NCBI GenBank assembly: GCA_037442105.1
Contig: JBBIQV010000021.1
Location: 1 to 48,134, forward strand
Length of the DNA: 48,134 nt
DNA from: Nitrospiraceae bacterium
GTDB lineage: Bacteria; Nitrospirota; Nitrospiria; Nitrospirales; Nitrospiraceae
Direction: 5' to 3'
Made by a program: the position numbers and the translations under genes. This document shows positions 38,521-48,134 of the stretch, piece after piece; positions within the stretch are counted from its first letter, which is position 1, and each line of letters starts with the position of its first letter. The notes under the pieces were generated by a model. The model saw only the letters and a program-made list of their open reading frames with translations, ran no database searches and was not told the DNA's origin.

Positions 38521-39423
38521 ATGGCTGAGCGTGCACTCCACTTCAGACAGGTGGCGATCATCGGTGTGGGCCTGATCGGCGGCTCGCTTGGCATGATCCT
38601 CCGCCGGAAAGGGCTTGCCGACTCGGTGATCGGCATTGGGCGTCGCGTCGAGAATTTGAAATTGGCCGTCGAATTGGGAGCCATCGACCGCTATGTCGCC
38701 GATCCGAAGGAAGGCGTGCGCGAGGCGGACCTCGTGGTCCTCGCCACTCCGGTCGATACCTACGAGCGCCATCTGAAAGAATGGGCGTTCCTCCTTAGGC
38801 CGGGCACGATCGTCAGCGATGTAGGAAGCGTCAAAGGATCGCTGGTTGACCGGTCGGAACGGTTGCTGCCGAAGGGAGTTTGGTTCGTGGGGGCCCACCC
38901 GATTGCCGGGAAGGAGAAAACCGGCGTGGCGGCCGGATCCCAGGACCTGTTCAAGGGAGCGCGCTGCATCCTGACCCCGACGCATGAGACCGACCGACAG
39001 GCGCTGCAGTCGATCCGGGAGTTGTGGGAGGCGACGGAGGCGGTCGTCGTCTGCATGGAGCCCCATCTCCACGACAAGATCCTCGGCGCTGTCAGCCACC
39101 TCCCGCACGTGGCCGCGTTTGCGCTCATGAATGCCTTGCGCGAGGTTCGGGACCATGAGGTTCCAGAGCTGGATTTGCGCGCCCATTCGGGAGGCGGGCT
39201 CCGCGATACCACCAGGATCGCGGCCAGTTCTCCGGAAATGTGGCGCGACATCTTCCTCTGGAATCGCGAGAACCTCGTGACCTTGATTGGAACCTACGAG
39301 CGGCATTTAAACGAGCTGAAGCAGCTCATCCGCTCGGCAGATGGCGCAGGTATCGAAAAAGTGATCGAACAGGCGAAGCATGAACGTGAAGGGCTGAACA
39401 GCCAGCCTGCGGTGTCGGTCTGA
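38521..39423 (+). CDS. tyrA: Prephenate dehydrogenase
   Basis: GVGLIGGS, DVGSVK, HPIAG, HDKILGAVSHLPH and DTTRIA. Confidence 0.95.
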   Translation: MAERALHFRQVAIIGVGLIGGSLGMILRRKGLADSVIGIGRRVENLKLAVELGAIDRYVADPKEGVREADLVVLATPVDTYERHLKEWAFLLRPGTIVSDVGSVKGSLVDRSERLLPKGVWFVGAHPIAGKEKTGVAAGSQDLFKGARCILTPTHETDRQALQSIRELWEATEAVVVCMEPHLHDKILGAVSHLPHVAAFALMNALREVRDHEVPELDLRAHSGGGLRDTTRIAASSPEMWRDIFLWNRENLVTLIGTYERHLNELKQLIRSADGAGIEKVIEQAKHEREGLNSQPAVSV

Positions 39424-39425
39424 AC

Positions 39426-40748
39426 ATGGCGTCTCTCACCGTCACACCGGGTCGTTCCTTGAAGGGAACCATTGCGGTTCCCGGAGACAAGTCCGTCACC
39501 CACCGGGCGATCATCCTCAGCGCTTTGGCAGAAGGGGTGAGCACCATCCACGGCTATTGCCGGGGGGAAGACTGCCTGAACACGATGCGTGCGTGTCAGT
39601 CGTTGGGAGTACGGATTGACGAATCACCGGCCGAACTTCGTGTCCACGGCAAGGGCATGTGGGGCTTGGCGGAGCCAGACGGTCCGATCGATTGCGGCAA
39701 CTCCGGGACGGGGATCCGCCTCCTGACAGGTCTCTTGGCAGGACAGGACTTTTTCACCGTCTTGACAGGCGATGCCTCTATCCGGCGTCGGCCGATGGGC
39801 CGCGTGGTAAAACCGCTGCGGGAAATGGGAGCCGTGATTGCCGGCCGCAAAGGAGGGGAGCTTGCACCTCTGGCGATCACCGGCAGTCGACTTCGCGGCA
39901 TGACCTACCGCTCTCCGGTGGCCAGCGCCCAGATCAAATCCTGTTTGCTCTTGGCAGCGCTCTATGCGGATGGTGTTACATCCATCTCGGAGCCACGCCT
40001 TTCGCGGGATCACACGGAACGCCTCTTCCAATTCTTCGGCATCTCATTCCAGAAGGAAGGGTTGACGATAGCGCTCAAGGGCCGTCCGGCAATCGGGTGG
40101 ACAGCCGCTGAGCGGTTGGTCGTACCGGGCGATTTGTCCGCGGCAGCTTTTTTCATAGTGGGGGCCACCATTGTTCCGGATTCCGATGTCACCATCATAG
40201 GTGTCGGCATCAACCCGACGCGGACAGGTATTCTGGATATCCTGACTCAAATGGGGGCGGATATTCAGATCTTCAACCGTCGAGAAGAAGCCGGCGAACC
40301 GGTCGCCGACCTCCGCGTGCGATCGGCATTGCTGCATGGTGTCTACATCGGGGCGGAGCAGATTCCGCAGACCATCGATGAACTCCCCATTCTCTGTACG
40401 GCCGCTGCCGTTGCGGAAGGGGAGACAATTATTGCGGGAGCTGAAGAACTTCGGGTTAAGGAGAGCGATCGGATTGCCACTATGTCTGCTGAATTGCGGG
40501 CGATGGGCGCGCGCATCACCGAGAAGCCGGACGGCATGGTGATTCGAGGCTTGGGGGGGAACGGTGTCAACGGGACCCTCCGCGGTGCGACCTGTTCCAG
40601 CCATGGAGACCATCGGGTGGCTATGTCGGCGGCCATTGGCGGGCTCACGGCAGCATCGCCGACTAGCATCGCCGACACGGATTGCATTGAGACCTCCTTC
40701 CCGGGTTTTGCGCACAACCTATTGGAGTTATTGACTGAGCATCCTTGA
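39426..40748 (+). CDS. aroA: EPSP synthase
   Basis: PGDKSVTHR, GNSGT, SAQIKS, RVKESDRI and DHRVAM. Confidence 0.97.
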   Translation: MASLTVTPGRSLKGTIAVPGDKSVTHRAIILSALAEGVSTIHGYCRGEDCLNTMRACQSLGVRIDESPAELRVHGKGMWGLAEPDGPIDCGNSGTGIRLLTGLLAGQDFFTVLTGDASIRRRPMGRVVKPLREMGAVIAGRKGGELAPLAITGSRLRGMTYRSPVASAQIKSCLLLAALYADGVTSISEPRLSRDHTERLFQFFGISFQKEGLTIALKGRPAIGWTAAERLVVPGDLSAAAFFIVGATIVPDSDVTIIGVGINPTRTGILDILTQMGADIQIFNRREEAGEPVADLRVRSALLHGVYIGAEQIPQTIDELPILCTAAAVAEGETIIAGAEELRVKESDRIATMSAELRAMGARITEKPDGMVIRGLGGNGVNGTLRGATCSSHGDHRVAMSAAIGGLTAASPTSIADTDCIETSFPGFAHNLLELLTEHP

Positions 40749-41467
40749 CGACTATAATACGACACCTTATCGTGGGTTTCTCGACATCACACAACGGCAA
40801 GCGCGGGTTGATCATCGCAATTGATGGGCCGGCGGGAGCCGGCAAGAGCACTGTGGCCAAACTGTTGGCCAAGCGGCTGGGGTATCTCTACTTGGATACG
40901 GGGGCGCTCTATCGTGCGGTAGCCTGGAAGGTGAGGCAGCATGATCTGGATCCGGCGGACCGGACCGCAGTCGCTCAATTGTTGTCGGAGACAAAAGTCG
41001 AGATGATCTGGCCGGAAGGGGACATGTGTGTGTTGGTTGATGGTCGAGACGTGACCGGAGAACTGCGTGCCCCGGAGGTCACAACCTGCGCGTCAATGGT
41101 GTCGGTCATTCCAGCCGTGCGGGAGTGGCTGTTGCCGATCCAGCAAGCAATTGGTGCGGGGGGTGCTGTCGTCGCGGAGGGCCGTGATATTGGGACGAAG
41201 GTGTTCCCGTCGGCTGATGTGAAGTTTTTTCTCGAAGCGGATGCGGAGACTCGAGCGGTTCGTCGGCATCAGGAACTGGTCGCCGTGGGCCGTCATGTCG
41301 CGCTGGAGGAAACGCGCCACGAGCTTTCGAGTCGGGATAGTCGAGATCGCATGCGCGACATCGCACCTCTCGTTCCTGCCTCTGATGCACGGGTGATTGA
41401 TACGTCCGCGATGCCGGCGGACCAAGTTGTCGATCATATGATGGCGGTGATTGCGGCGAAATTGTGA
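40745..41467 (+). CDS. cmk: Cytidylate kinase
   Basis: IAIDGPAGAGKST, DTGALYR and EGRDIGT; start uncertain. Confidence 0.96.
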   Translation: MTTIIRHLIVGFSTSHNGKRGLIIAIDGPAGAGKSTVAKLLAKRLGYLYLDTGALYRAVAWKVRQHDLDPADRTAVAQLLSETKVEMIWPEGDMCVLVDGRDVTGELRAPEVTTCASMVSVIPAVREWLLPIQQAIGAGGAVVAEGRDIGTKVFPSADVKFFLEADAETRAVRRHQELVAVGRHVALEETRHELSSRDSRDRMRDIAPLVPASDARVIDTSAMPADQVVDHMMAVIAAKL

Positions 41468-42126
41468 CGACGGTGTTCTATGGCCTGCTTTGGCTCCTCT
41501 CGCGGGCGATTGGGTGGTTGTGCTTCCGGTATCGTGCGATCGGAGACATTCCCCTCCAAGGAGGCATCCTGGTTGCGGCGAACCATGCCAGCTATCTGGA
41601 CATTCCGCTCCTGGGTTGCGGGGTCCGGCGACGGCTCTGGTACCTGGGGCGCCATGACTTGTTCCCCATTCCCGCCATCAATCGCATATTGCAGGCACTC
41701 GGGTGGATTCCTCTGCGACTCGGCCGTCTTGATCGGGATGCGTTCGGGAAGGCCGTCAGCCTGATTCAGGCCGGAAAGGCGGTGGTGATTTTTCCGGAAG
41801 GGGGCCGCACGCTTGATGGGAACCTGCGAAAGGGCAAGCCAGGCATCGGCGTCATTGTTGCGCAGACCGGATGCCCGGTGGTTCCGGCCTATATCAGCGG
41901 GACCTATGAGGTGTTGCCGTCCGATGCGCGATGGCCCCGTTTCCGGCGAGTCACGGTAACGTATGGCCGCCCTCTCAATTTTCATGAGGACGCGGACCGT
42001 TTGGAAGGGAAGGCGTTCTATCAACACGTGAGCCGGACCGTCATGACGAAGATTGCCGAACTCGGCGGTGTGGCGGTGCCAGGTGAGTTGCCCGAGGTTC
42101 CGAGTAACGGAGATGACTTGTTGTGA
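41464..42126 (+). CDS. plsC: 1-acyl-sn-glycerol-3-phosphate acyltransferase
   Basis: NHASYLD and IFPEGGR. Confidence 0.9.
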   Translation: MTTVFYGLLWLLSRAIGWLCFRYRAIGDIPLQGGILVAANHASYLDIPLLGCGVRRRLWYLGRHDLFPIPAINRILQALGWIPLRLGRLDRDAFGKAVSLIQAGKAVVIFPEGGRTLDGNLRKGKPGIGVIVAQTGCPVVPAYISGTYEVLPSDARWPRFRRVTVTYGRPLNFHEDADRLEGKAFYQHVSRTVMTKIAELGGVAVPGELPEVPSNGDDLL

Positions 42127-42136
42127 TTTTCGGCAT

Positions 42137-42171
42137 CCGAGCCTTGCAAGGCTGAGCCAGGCTCGGTTTTT
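42137..42171 (+). terminator. Hairpin with T tract between plsC and rpsA (terminator or rpsA leader)
   Basis: CCGAGCCT...AGGCTCGG-TTTTT. Confidence 0.45.
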
Positions 42172-42215
42172 CAACCATCAGCACCCGACATGCGTCGGAG
42201 GACTAGGACACGCTC

Positions 42216-43934
<1,719 letters not shown>

Positions 43935-43998
43935 TCGCATGGACCGGCGTCTCGCCGTGGGGGATGGTCGTCCTTCGGGGGTGACGGTTTGAGCAACC

Positions 43999-44898
43999 AT
44001 GACAGACGAGACTGAGCAGACGAGCAAGCCGAAGCGCAAGCGGCTCCGCTTGTTGTTCTGGATTGTGGCGATCGGCCTAGGGGTGACCTTCTTAGTGAAC
44101 CTGTTCTTCCCCGATTTGGATTTATCGGGGGAAGATCGGATTGCGTTGATCAGGGTTGAGGGGGTGATTCTGGACGCGCAGACCACCGTCGGGGACTTGA
44201 AGCGATTCGGTGACAATCCCACCGTCAAGGCGATCGTGCTGCGGATCGATAGCCCCGGCGGGGGGGTCGTGCCCTCGCAGGAGATCCACGACGCCGTCAA
44301 GCGGGTGCGGAACAAAAACAACAAAGCGGTCGTGGCGTCGATGGGGACCGTTGCGGCGTCCGGCGGCTACTACATTGCCGCGGCGACCGATCGGATCATG
44401 GCCAATCCGGGCACCTTAACGGGGAGCATCGGCGTCATCATGGAGATGGCCAATGTCGAGGGACTGTTGAAGAAGATCGGCGTCGAGGGTGTCGTCGTCA
44501 AAAGCGGGCGGTACAAAGATGTCGGTTCTCCGCTTCGCAAGATGAGCGGTGAAGAGCGTGCGTTGCTCCAAGTCGTCATGGACGACGTGCATCAGCAATT
44601 TATCCAGGCTGTGGCGGATGGACGTTCGATGGATGTTGCCGAAGTCCAGCTCCTGGCCGACGGGCGGATCTTCACGGGCCGGCAGGCCAAGGATGCGAAA
44701 TTAGTCGATGAGCTCGGCGATTTGGATGACGCGATTCGGTTGGCGGCGGATCTCGCCGGGATTGAGGGGGAGCCAAAGGTCGTTGAGCCACGCCGGCGCT
44801 TCTCGATCCGTGAATTGCTGGAGTCTCAGCTCGTGGGGATGCTGCCTAAATGGGACCTGCACACAGGAGTGAGCCTCAAGTACTTGATGGCATTCTGA
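43999..44898 (+). CDS. sppA: Signal peptide peptidase (36K type)
   Basis: LRIDSPGG, AASGGYYIA, TGSIGV and KSGRYKD. Confidence 0.95.
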   Translation: MTDETEQTSKPKRKRLRLLFWIVAIGLGVTFLVNLFFPDLDLSGEDRIALIRVEGVILDAQTTVGDLKRFGDNPTVKAIVLRIDSPGGGVVPSQEIHDAVKRVRNKNNKAVVASMGTVAASGGYYIAAATDRIMANPGTLTGSIGVIMEMANVEGLLKKIGVEGVVVKSGRYKDVGSPLRKMSGEERALLQVVMDDVHQQFIQAVADGRSMDVAEVQLLADGRIFTGRQAKDAKLVDELGDLDDAIRLAADLAGIEGEPKVVEPRRRFSIRELLESQLVGMLPKWDLHTGVSLKYLMAF

Positions 44899-44915
44899 AA
44901 TAGTTCGGAGGGACC

Positions 44916-45194
44916 ATGACCAAGGCACAGATTATCGAGCGAGTTTCGGAACAGGTTACGACGTTGACCAAGCGACAGGCGGAAGTCGTTGTGAACACGA
45001 TTTTCGATTGTATCCGCGACTCGTTGAAGAGCGGCGACAAGACGGAGATTCGCGGATTCGGCAGCTTTCGTCTCCGGTCACGTCGGATGAAAGAAGGGCG
45101 GAATCCCAAGACAGGCGCTACCGTGGCCGTGCCGGCGAAGAAGGTGCCGTTCTTCAAGGCGGGCAAAGAACTGAAAGAACTCCTCAACAAGTAA
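44916..45194 (+). CDS. ihfB: Integration host factor beta subunit
   Basis: EIRGFGSF...GRNPKTG...VPFFKAGKELKE, in the rpsA-sppA-ihfB context. Confidence 0.88.
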   Translation: MTKAQIIERVSEQVTTLTKRQAEVVVNTIFDCIRDSLKSGDKTEIRGFGSFRLRSRRMKEGRNPKTGATVAVPAKKVPFFKAGKELKELLNK

Positions 45195-45206
45195 GCTGAG
45201 GGAGCG

Positions 45207-46223
45207 GTGGATGGAACCATGAGCTTCTCTGAGTCGAACGACCGGACGGTGGCTGCGGAGATTCGCTGGAGCGACGGCGCACTCAAACGCATGGAGCGAG
45301 CGCCGGTCTTTCTTCGTGGTATGGTGCGGCGCCTGGCGGAAAAGAAAGCGCGGGAACTCGGCTATGCCGAGATCACGGAGGATATCCTCGACCAATTCAA
45401 GAACCAAATGATGGGCCGCATGGGCGGGGAAGGTGGCATGGCCGCGGCTGCTGAGCAGATGGAACAGGGACAACTGCCGTGGACCGCTGCGGCAAAGGAG
45501 CGGCTTGCGGGCGTGCCGGAGTTCATGCGCGGGATGATCAGGCAGATCGCCGAGGAAATTGCGCGGGAACGAGGCCATCTCGAGGTCAACGTCGAGTTGT
45601 TCGAAAAGGTCGAAGCGTTGGGGGACGTCCGAGAGATCGACAGGCCTCCGCTGGAATGGACCGCGGGAGCGCGGGCTCGGCTCCAGGACAAGATCAAAGA
45701 CACTCCGGCAATTGCGACGGAGTTCGTCACCGACATGCTGATGCGCGACACGGAGGATCTGGCGCGGGGAAAAGGCATCTCCCGGATCGATGAATCGACA
45801 TTGGTCGAGTTGTGGGGCGCGCCGCAACAGAACGTTGTCTGGACCGACGAGGCCTGGAAGCGGCTGCAAACCTCCCCGGATTTCGTCAGGAGCGGCATCC
45901 GGAAGGCGGCAGAACGGCGCGCGCGCAAGCTCGGTTTGACAGAGATCGATTCGGAGCACCTCACGATGTTCCGGAATCAGGCCATGATGAAAGCGGTGAA
46001 GCGGATCCGGTCCTTCGGGTACAACGAGCTGACCTTCGACGCGTTCGACACCGCCCTGCACAAGACGAGACGGTTGCAGGGGAACGAACAGGCGGAGAAA
46101 CGCCTCCAAGAAATCCGAGAGCACTTCAACGATCCGGCCACCAAGAAGCCGGAAGGCGGCACGCTCGGCGCCGAGCTGATGGATCGGTTCCGCAAATACT
46201 TGAAGGGCGAGGGAAGCCTGTAA
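45207..46223 (+). CDS. Protein built of tandem PCP_red-like domains
   Basis: Four W(S/T)xxAxxR(L/M)...P.F.R...E..AR..G...I repeats plus a partial fifth. Confidence 0.85.
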   Translation: MDGTMSFSESNDRTVAAEIRWSDGALKRMERAPVFLRGMVRRLAEKKARELGYAEITEDILDQFKNQMMGRMGGEGGMAAAAEQMEQGQLPWTAAAKERLAGVPEFMRGMIRQIAEEIARERGHLEVNVELFEKVEALGDVREIDRPPLEWTAGARARLQDKIKDTPAIATEFVTDMLMRDTEDLARGKGISRIDESTLVELWGAPQQNVVWTDEAWKRLQTSPDFVRSGIRKAAERRARKLGLTEIDSEHLTMFRNQAMMKAVKRIRSFGYNELTFDAFDTALHKTRRLQGNEQAEKRLQEIREHFNDPATKKPEGGTLGAELMDRFRKYLKGEGSL

Positions 46224-46230
46224 GACCACT

Positions 46231-48134
46231 TCAACTGATCTCGATTCGCACTGCCTGCGTCAGATTCAAGTCTTGCAACACCTGCCGGAGTTCGGTTTGG
46301 AATAGGGCCACCTGATCCGCATTCAGATCGACGGTGAAATTCAGGCCGAGCTGCAAGTCCGATCCAGCGCGTAACTTGGGCAAGAGTTTCGTACCGAGCC
46401 GATTCCAGACTTCCGGTGGAATGGAGCCGGTGAGATGCAAGGTCTTCTTGGCCGTCGAAGAGGCCGGCTCGGGGAGCAAGGGCTCAGGCTGGACCGGCTG
46501 CGGTTCGACGATCATGGTGTGGCCGCTACCATCAGACATTGGCGCTCTCGTTTTCAGAGCCTTGGCCCGCACTTTGGCAATCAGATACACGTCTGCGTCA
46601 AAGGCCACTTCGTCCGCTGGAAGCGTCTCTTCAAACCATAGCCTGGTATAGCCGCCACCCGCCTGTTGTCCTGACGCAAGACCGAAATCGCCGCGCGTGA
46701 CAAATTCTGGAATACTGCGTCGGAGGTAAGCATCAGGATCGATCACGCGTTCCATTGAACCGTTCAGGAATGCCTGACGGAGACTCACCAACGGCCAGGC
46801 TCCGGTTTCCTTGAAGGCCTGTGGCCATTTTCTTTCGAGATAGCTGGCACCGGGGGATTCGTTGAGTAGAGCTTGAGACTTCAAAGCTGTCAGCACTCTC
46901 CCGCAGAGCGTTTCGGAGTTGCTTGCATGCCCCGCCCCGAGGTCGATGACTTTGAGCCCGTCCGATTCCTTGTTATCAGCGAGCACGACATAGCGATAAC
47001 TTGCCCACACTTCATCTTTGGCCATGTCCTCTGCCTCTCGGACTTTGGTTCCAACTTCGGAACGGTCGGCCCGGTCAAACTCCCCTGTGAGAGTGCCATC
47101 TGTTAGGCCTTTATCCACGCTCTTCCAGGCGAGCCACGTCTCAATCTTGTTTTTGAGATCAGGGCCGGGCCTTCTGACACACCAAATCAACGAACCAGGA
47201 TAGAGGCGAGGCGATGTACCACGCTGCTTTGTCCATTCTGCAATGGTCTTTCGCAGTTCACCGTTCCCACGCCATTCGGATTCAGGTTGGAGGATCACGA
47301 GCGTGAGGCGTGGGGTATCCTGGATCGCGGTTCCATCTTCCGGAAACATCACGAAAGGTAAGGAGGCACCCTTCTCGAACTCCTTTCGGACCACCAGCAA
47401 GCCAGCCTTCCGCACCTCATCATCGTCCAGAGAGGCGCGCTTATCGCTGACCACCTTCTTGAGCGTCGGCTTGAAGCCAAAGCGGAACCCGTCATGGCCG
47501 ACTTTGCGAATGAAATAGCCTTTCGACTCGAACGCGACCGCGGCGTTATCAATGGACGTGGTCTCAATCTCTGGTTCGCCCAGAGCAAATCGGAGTTCCG
47601 GCAAATGTGCTGTTTTATCGCCTTGTCCGCCGGACGACTCGAACAAGATGGTTGCTCCAACTCGCCGGTGTATATCTTTAAGCCCGCCCTTCGTATCCAC
47701 ATCAAGCGCGTGCGCATGGCTATGGCCGTCCGTCAGATCAGTTTGAATGGCGCTCAGCAGCCGAGACTCCCCCAATTGGCCCAAGATCACCGCTCGAAAC
47801 TCTGATATTTCAAGAGGCGCTGAGCCTAACGTGATAAGTGGTTCCCGCCTGGCCCTTTGATAGGCATCGCGGTAGGCCCAGGAGATCCACTGGGCCAACA
47901 TTGCGAGGGTACCGCGTGTCTGTTGGTATTGAGGAAGCGCCTGCCACTTCCGCTGGAAGACCGAGAGCGTGGCCGGATGGAACGGATAGCAGGCTTCAAA
48001 TCGGGTACGGAGAAAGTCTCGCGATTTGGCATCCGTGGTCGCGGTATCAACGGCGGTCCACTCGGATGGCAACTGCGCACGGCGCTCGAAGCACCAATCG
48101 GCATAGACTTTGGCCACAGCCTTTCGGACTCTCT
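46231..48134 (-). CDS. DUF499-type (BrxC-like) large ATPase, 5' part outside the window
   Basis: CYPFHPATLSVFQRKWQALPQYQQTRGTLAMLA matches the YPFHP...QxTRG motif I associate with DUF499. The frame is open to the window end. Confidence 0.75.
   Translation of the reverse strand, partial: RVRKAVAKVYADWCFERRAQLPSEWTAVDTATTDAKSRDFLRTRFEACYPFHPATLSVFQRKWQALPQYQQTRGTLAMLAQWISWAYRDAYQRARREPLITLGSAPLEISEFRAVILGQLGESRLLSAIQTDLTDGHSHAHALDVDTKGGLKDIHRRVGATILFESSGGQGDKTAHLPELRFALGEPEIETTSIDNAAVAFESKGYFIRKVGHDGFRFGFKPTLKKVVSDKRASLDDDEVRKAGLLVVRKEFEKGASLPFVMFPEDGTAIQDTPRLTLVILQPESEWRGNGELRKTIAEWTKQRGTSPRLYPGSLIWCVRRPGPDLKNKIETWLAWKSVDKGLTDGTLTGEFDRADRSEVGTKVREAEDMAKDEVWASYRYVVLADNKESDGLKVIDLGAGHASNSETLCGRVLTALKSQALLNESPGASYLERKWPQAFKETGAWPLVSLRQAFLNGSMERVIDPDAYLRRSIPEFVTRGDFGLASGQQAGGGYTRLWFEETLPADEVAFDADVYLIAKVRAKALKTRAPMSDGSGHTMIVEPQPVQPEPLLPEPASSTAKKTLHLTGSIPPEVWNRLGTKLLPKLRAGSDLQLGLNFTVDLNADQVALFQTELRQVLQDLNLTQAVRIEIS

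Overview
A GC-rich bacterial chromosome segment. Gene order, protein sequences and intergenic repeat style suggest Nitrospira/Nitrospirota (inference, not a database result). (1) 1-9140: accessory signalling island with a partial sensor kinase, a single-domain globin, a chemoreceptor behind a sigma28-like promoter and a structured leader, a response regulator, a hybrid kinase and a divergent FNR-like regulator. Three receptors share one ERYGD-type Cache sensor, and several modules resemble O2/heme/Fe-S sensors. (2) 9301-20268: fmt-rsmB-rpe plus an archaeal/spirochaete-type pheST, convergent with tRNA-Val-thrS-infC(ATC start)-rpmI-rplT across a MITE, then HU and a Fis-like protein. (3) 20679-31746: an Rrf2-led sulfate assimilation cluster (sulfite reductase-HEPN-TusA fusion, cysH, ybiB-like, cysD with CC/CxxC, cysN with a degenerate kinase domain), followed by Mrp/ApbC, a PCP_red-repeat protein and two membrane proteins. 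(4) 31933-46223: yebC-ruvA-(Cys-rich protein)-ruvB, pheA-hisC-aroF-tyrA-aroA-cmk-plsC-rpsA-sppA-ihfB and a second PCP_red-repeat protein. (5) 46231-end: a partial DUF499-type ATPase, probably the edge of a defence island. The most striking non-coding signals are a covarying structured intergenic element (two full copies with unrelated perfect 26-bp closing stems) and 7-nt-periodic arms at eight or more gene junctions.
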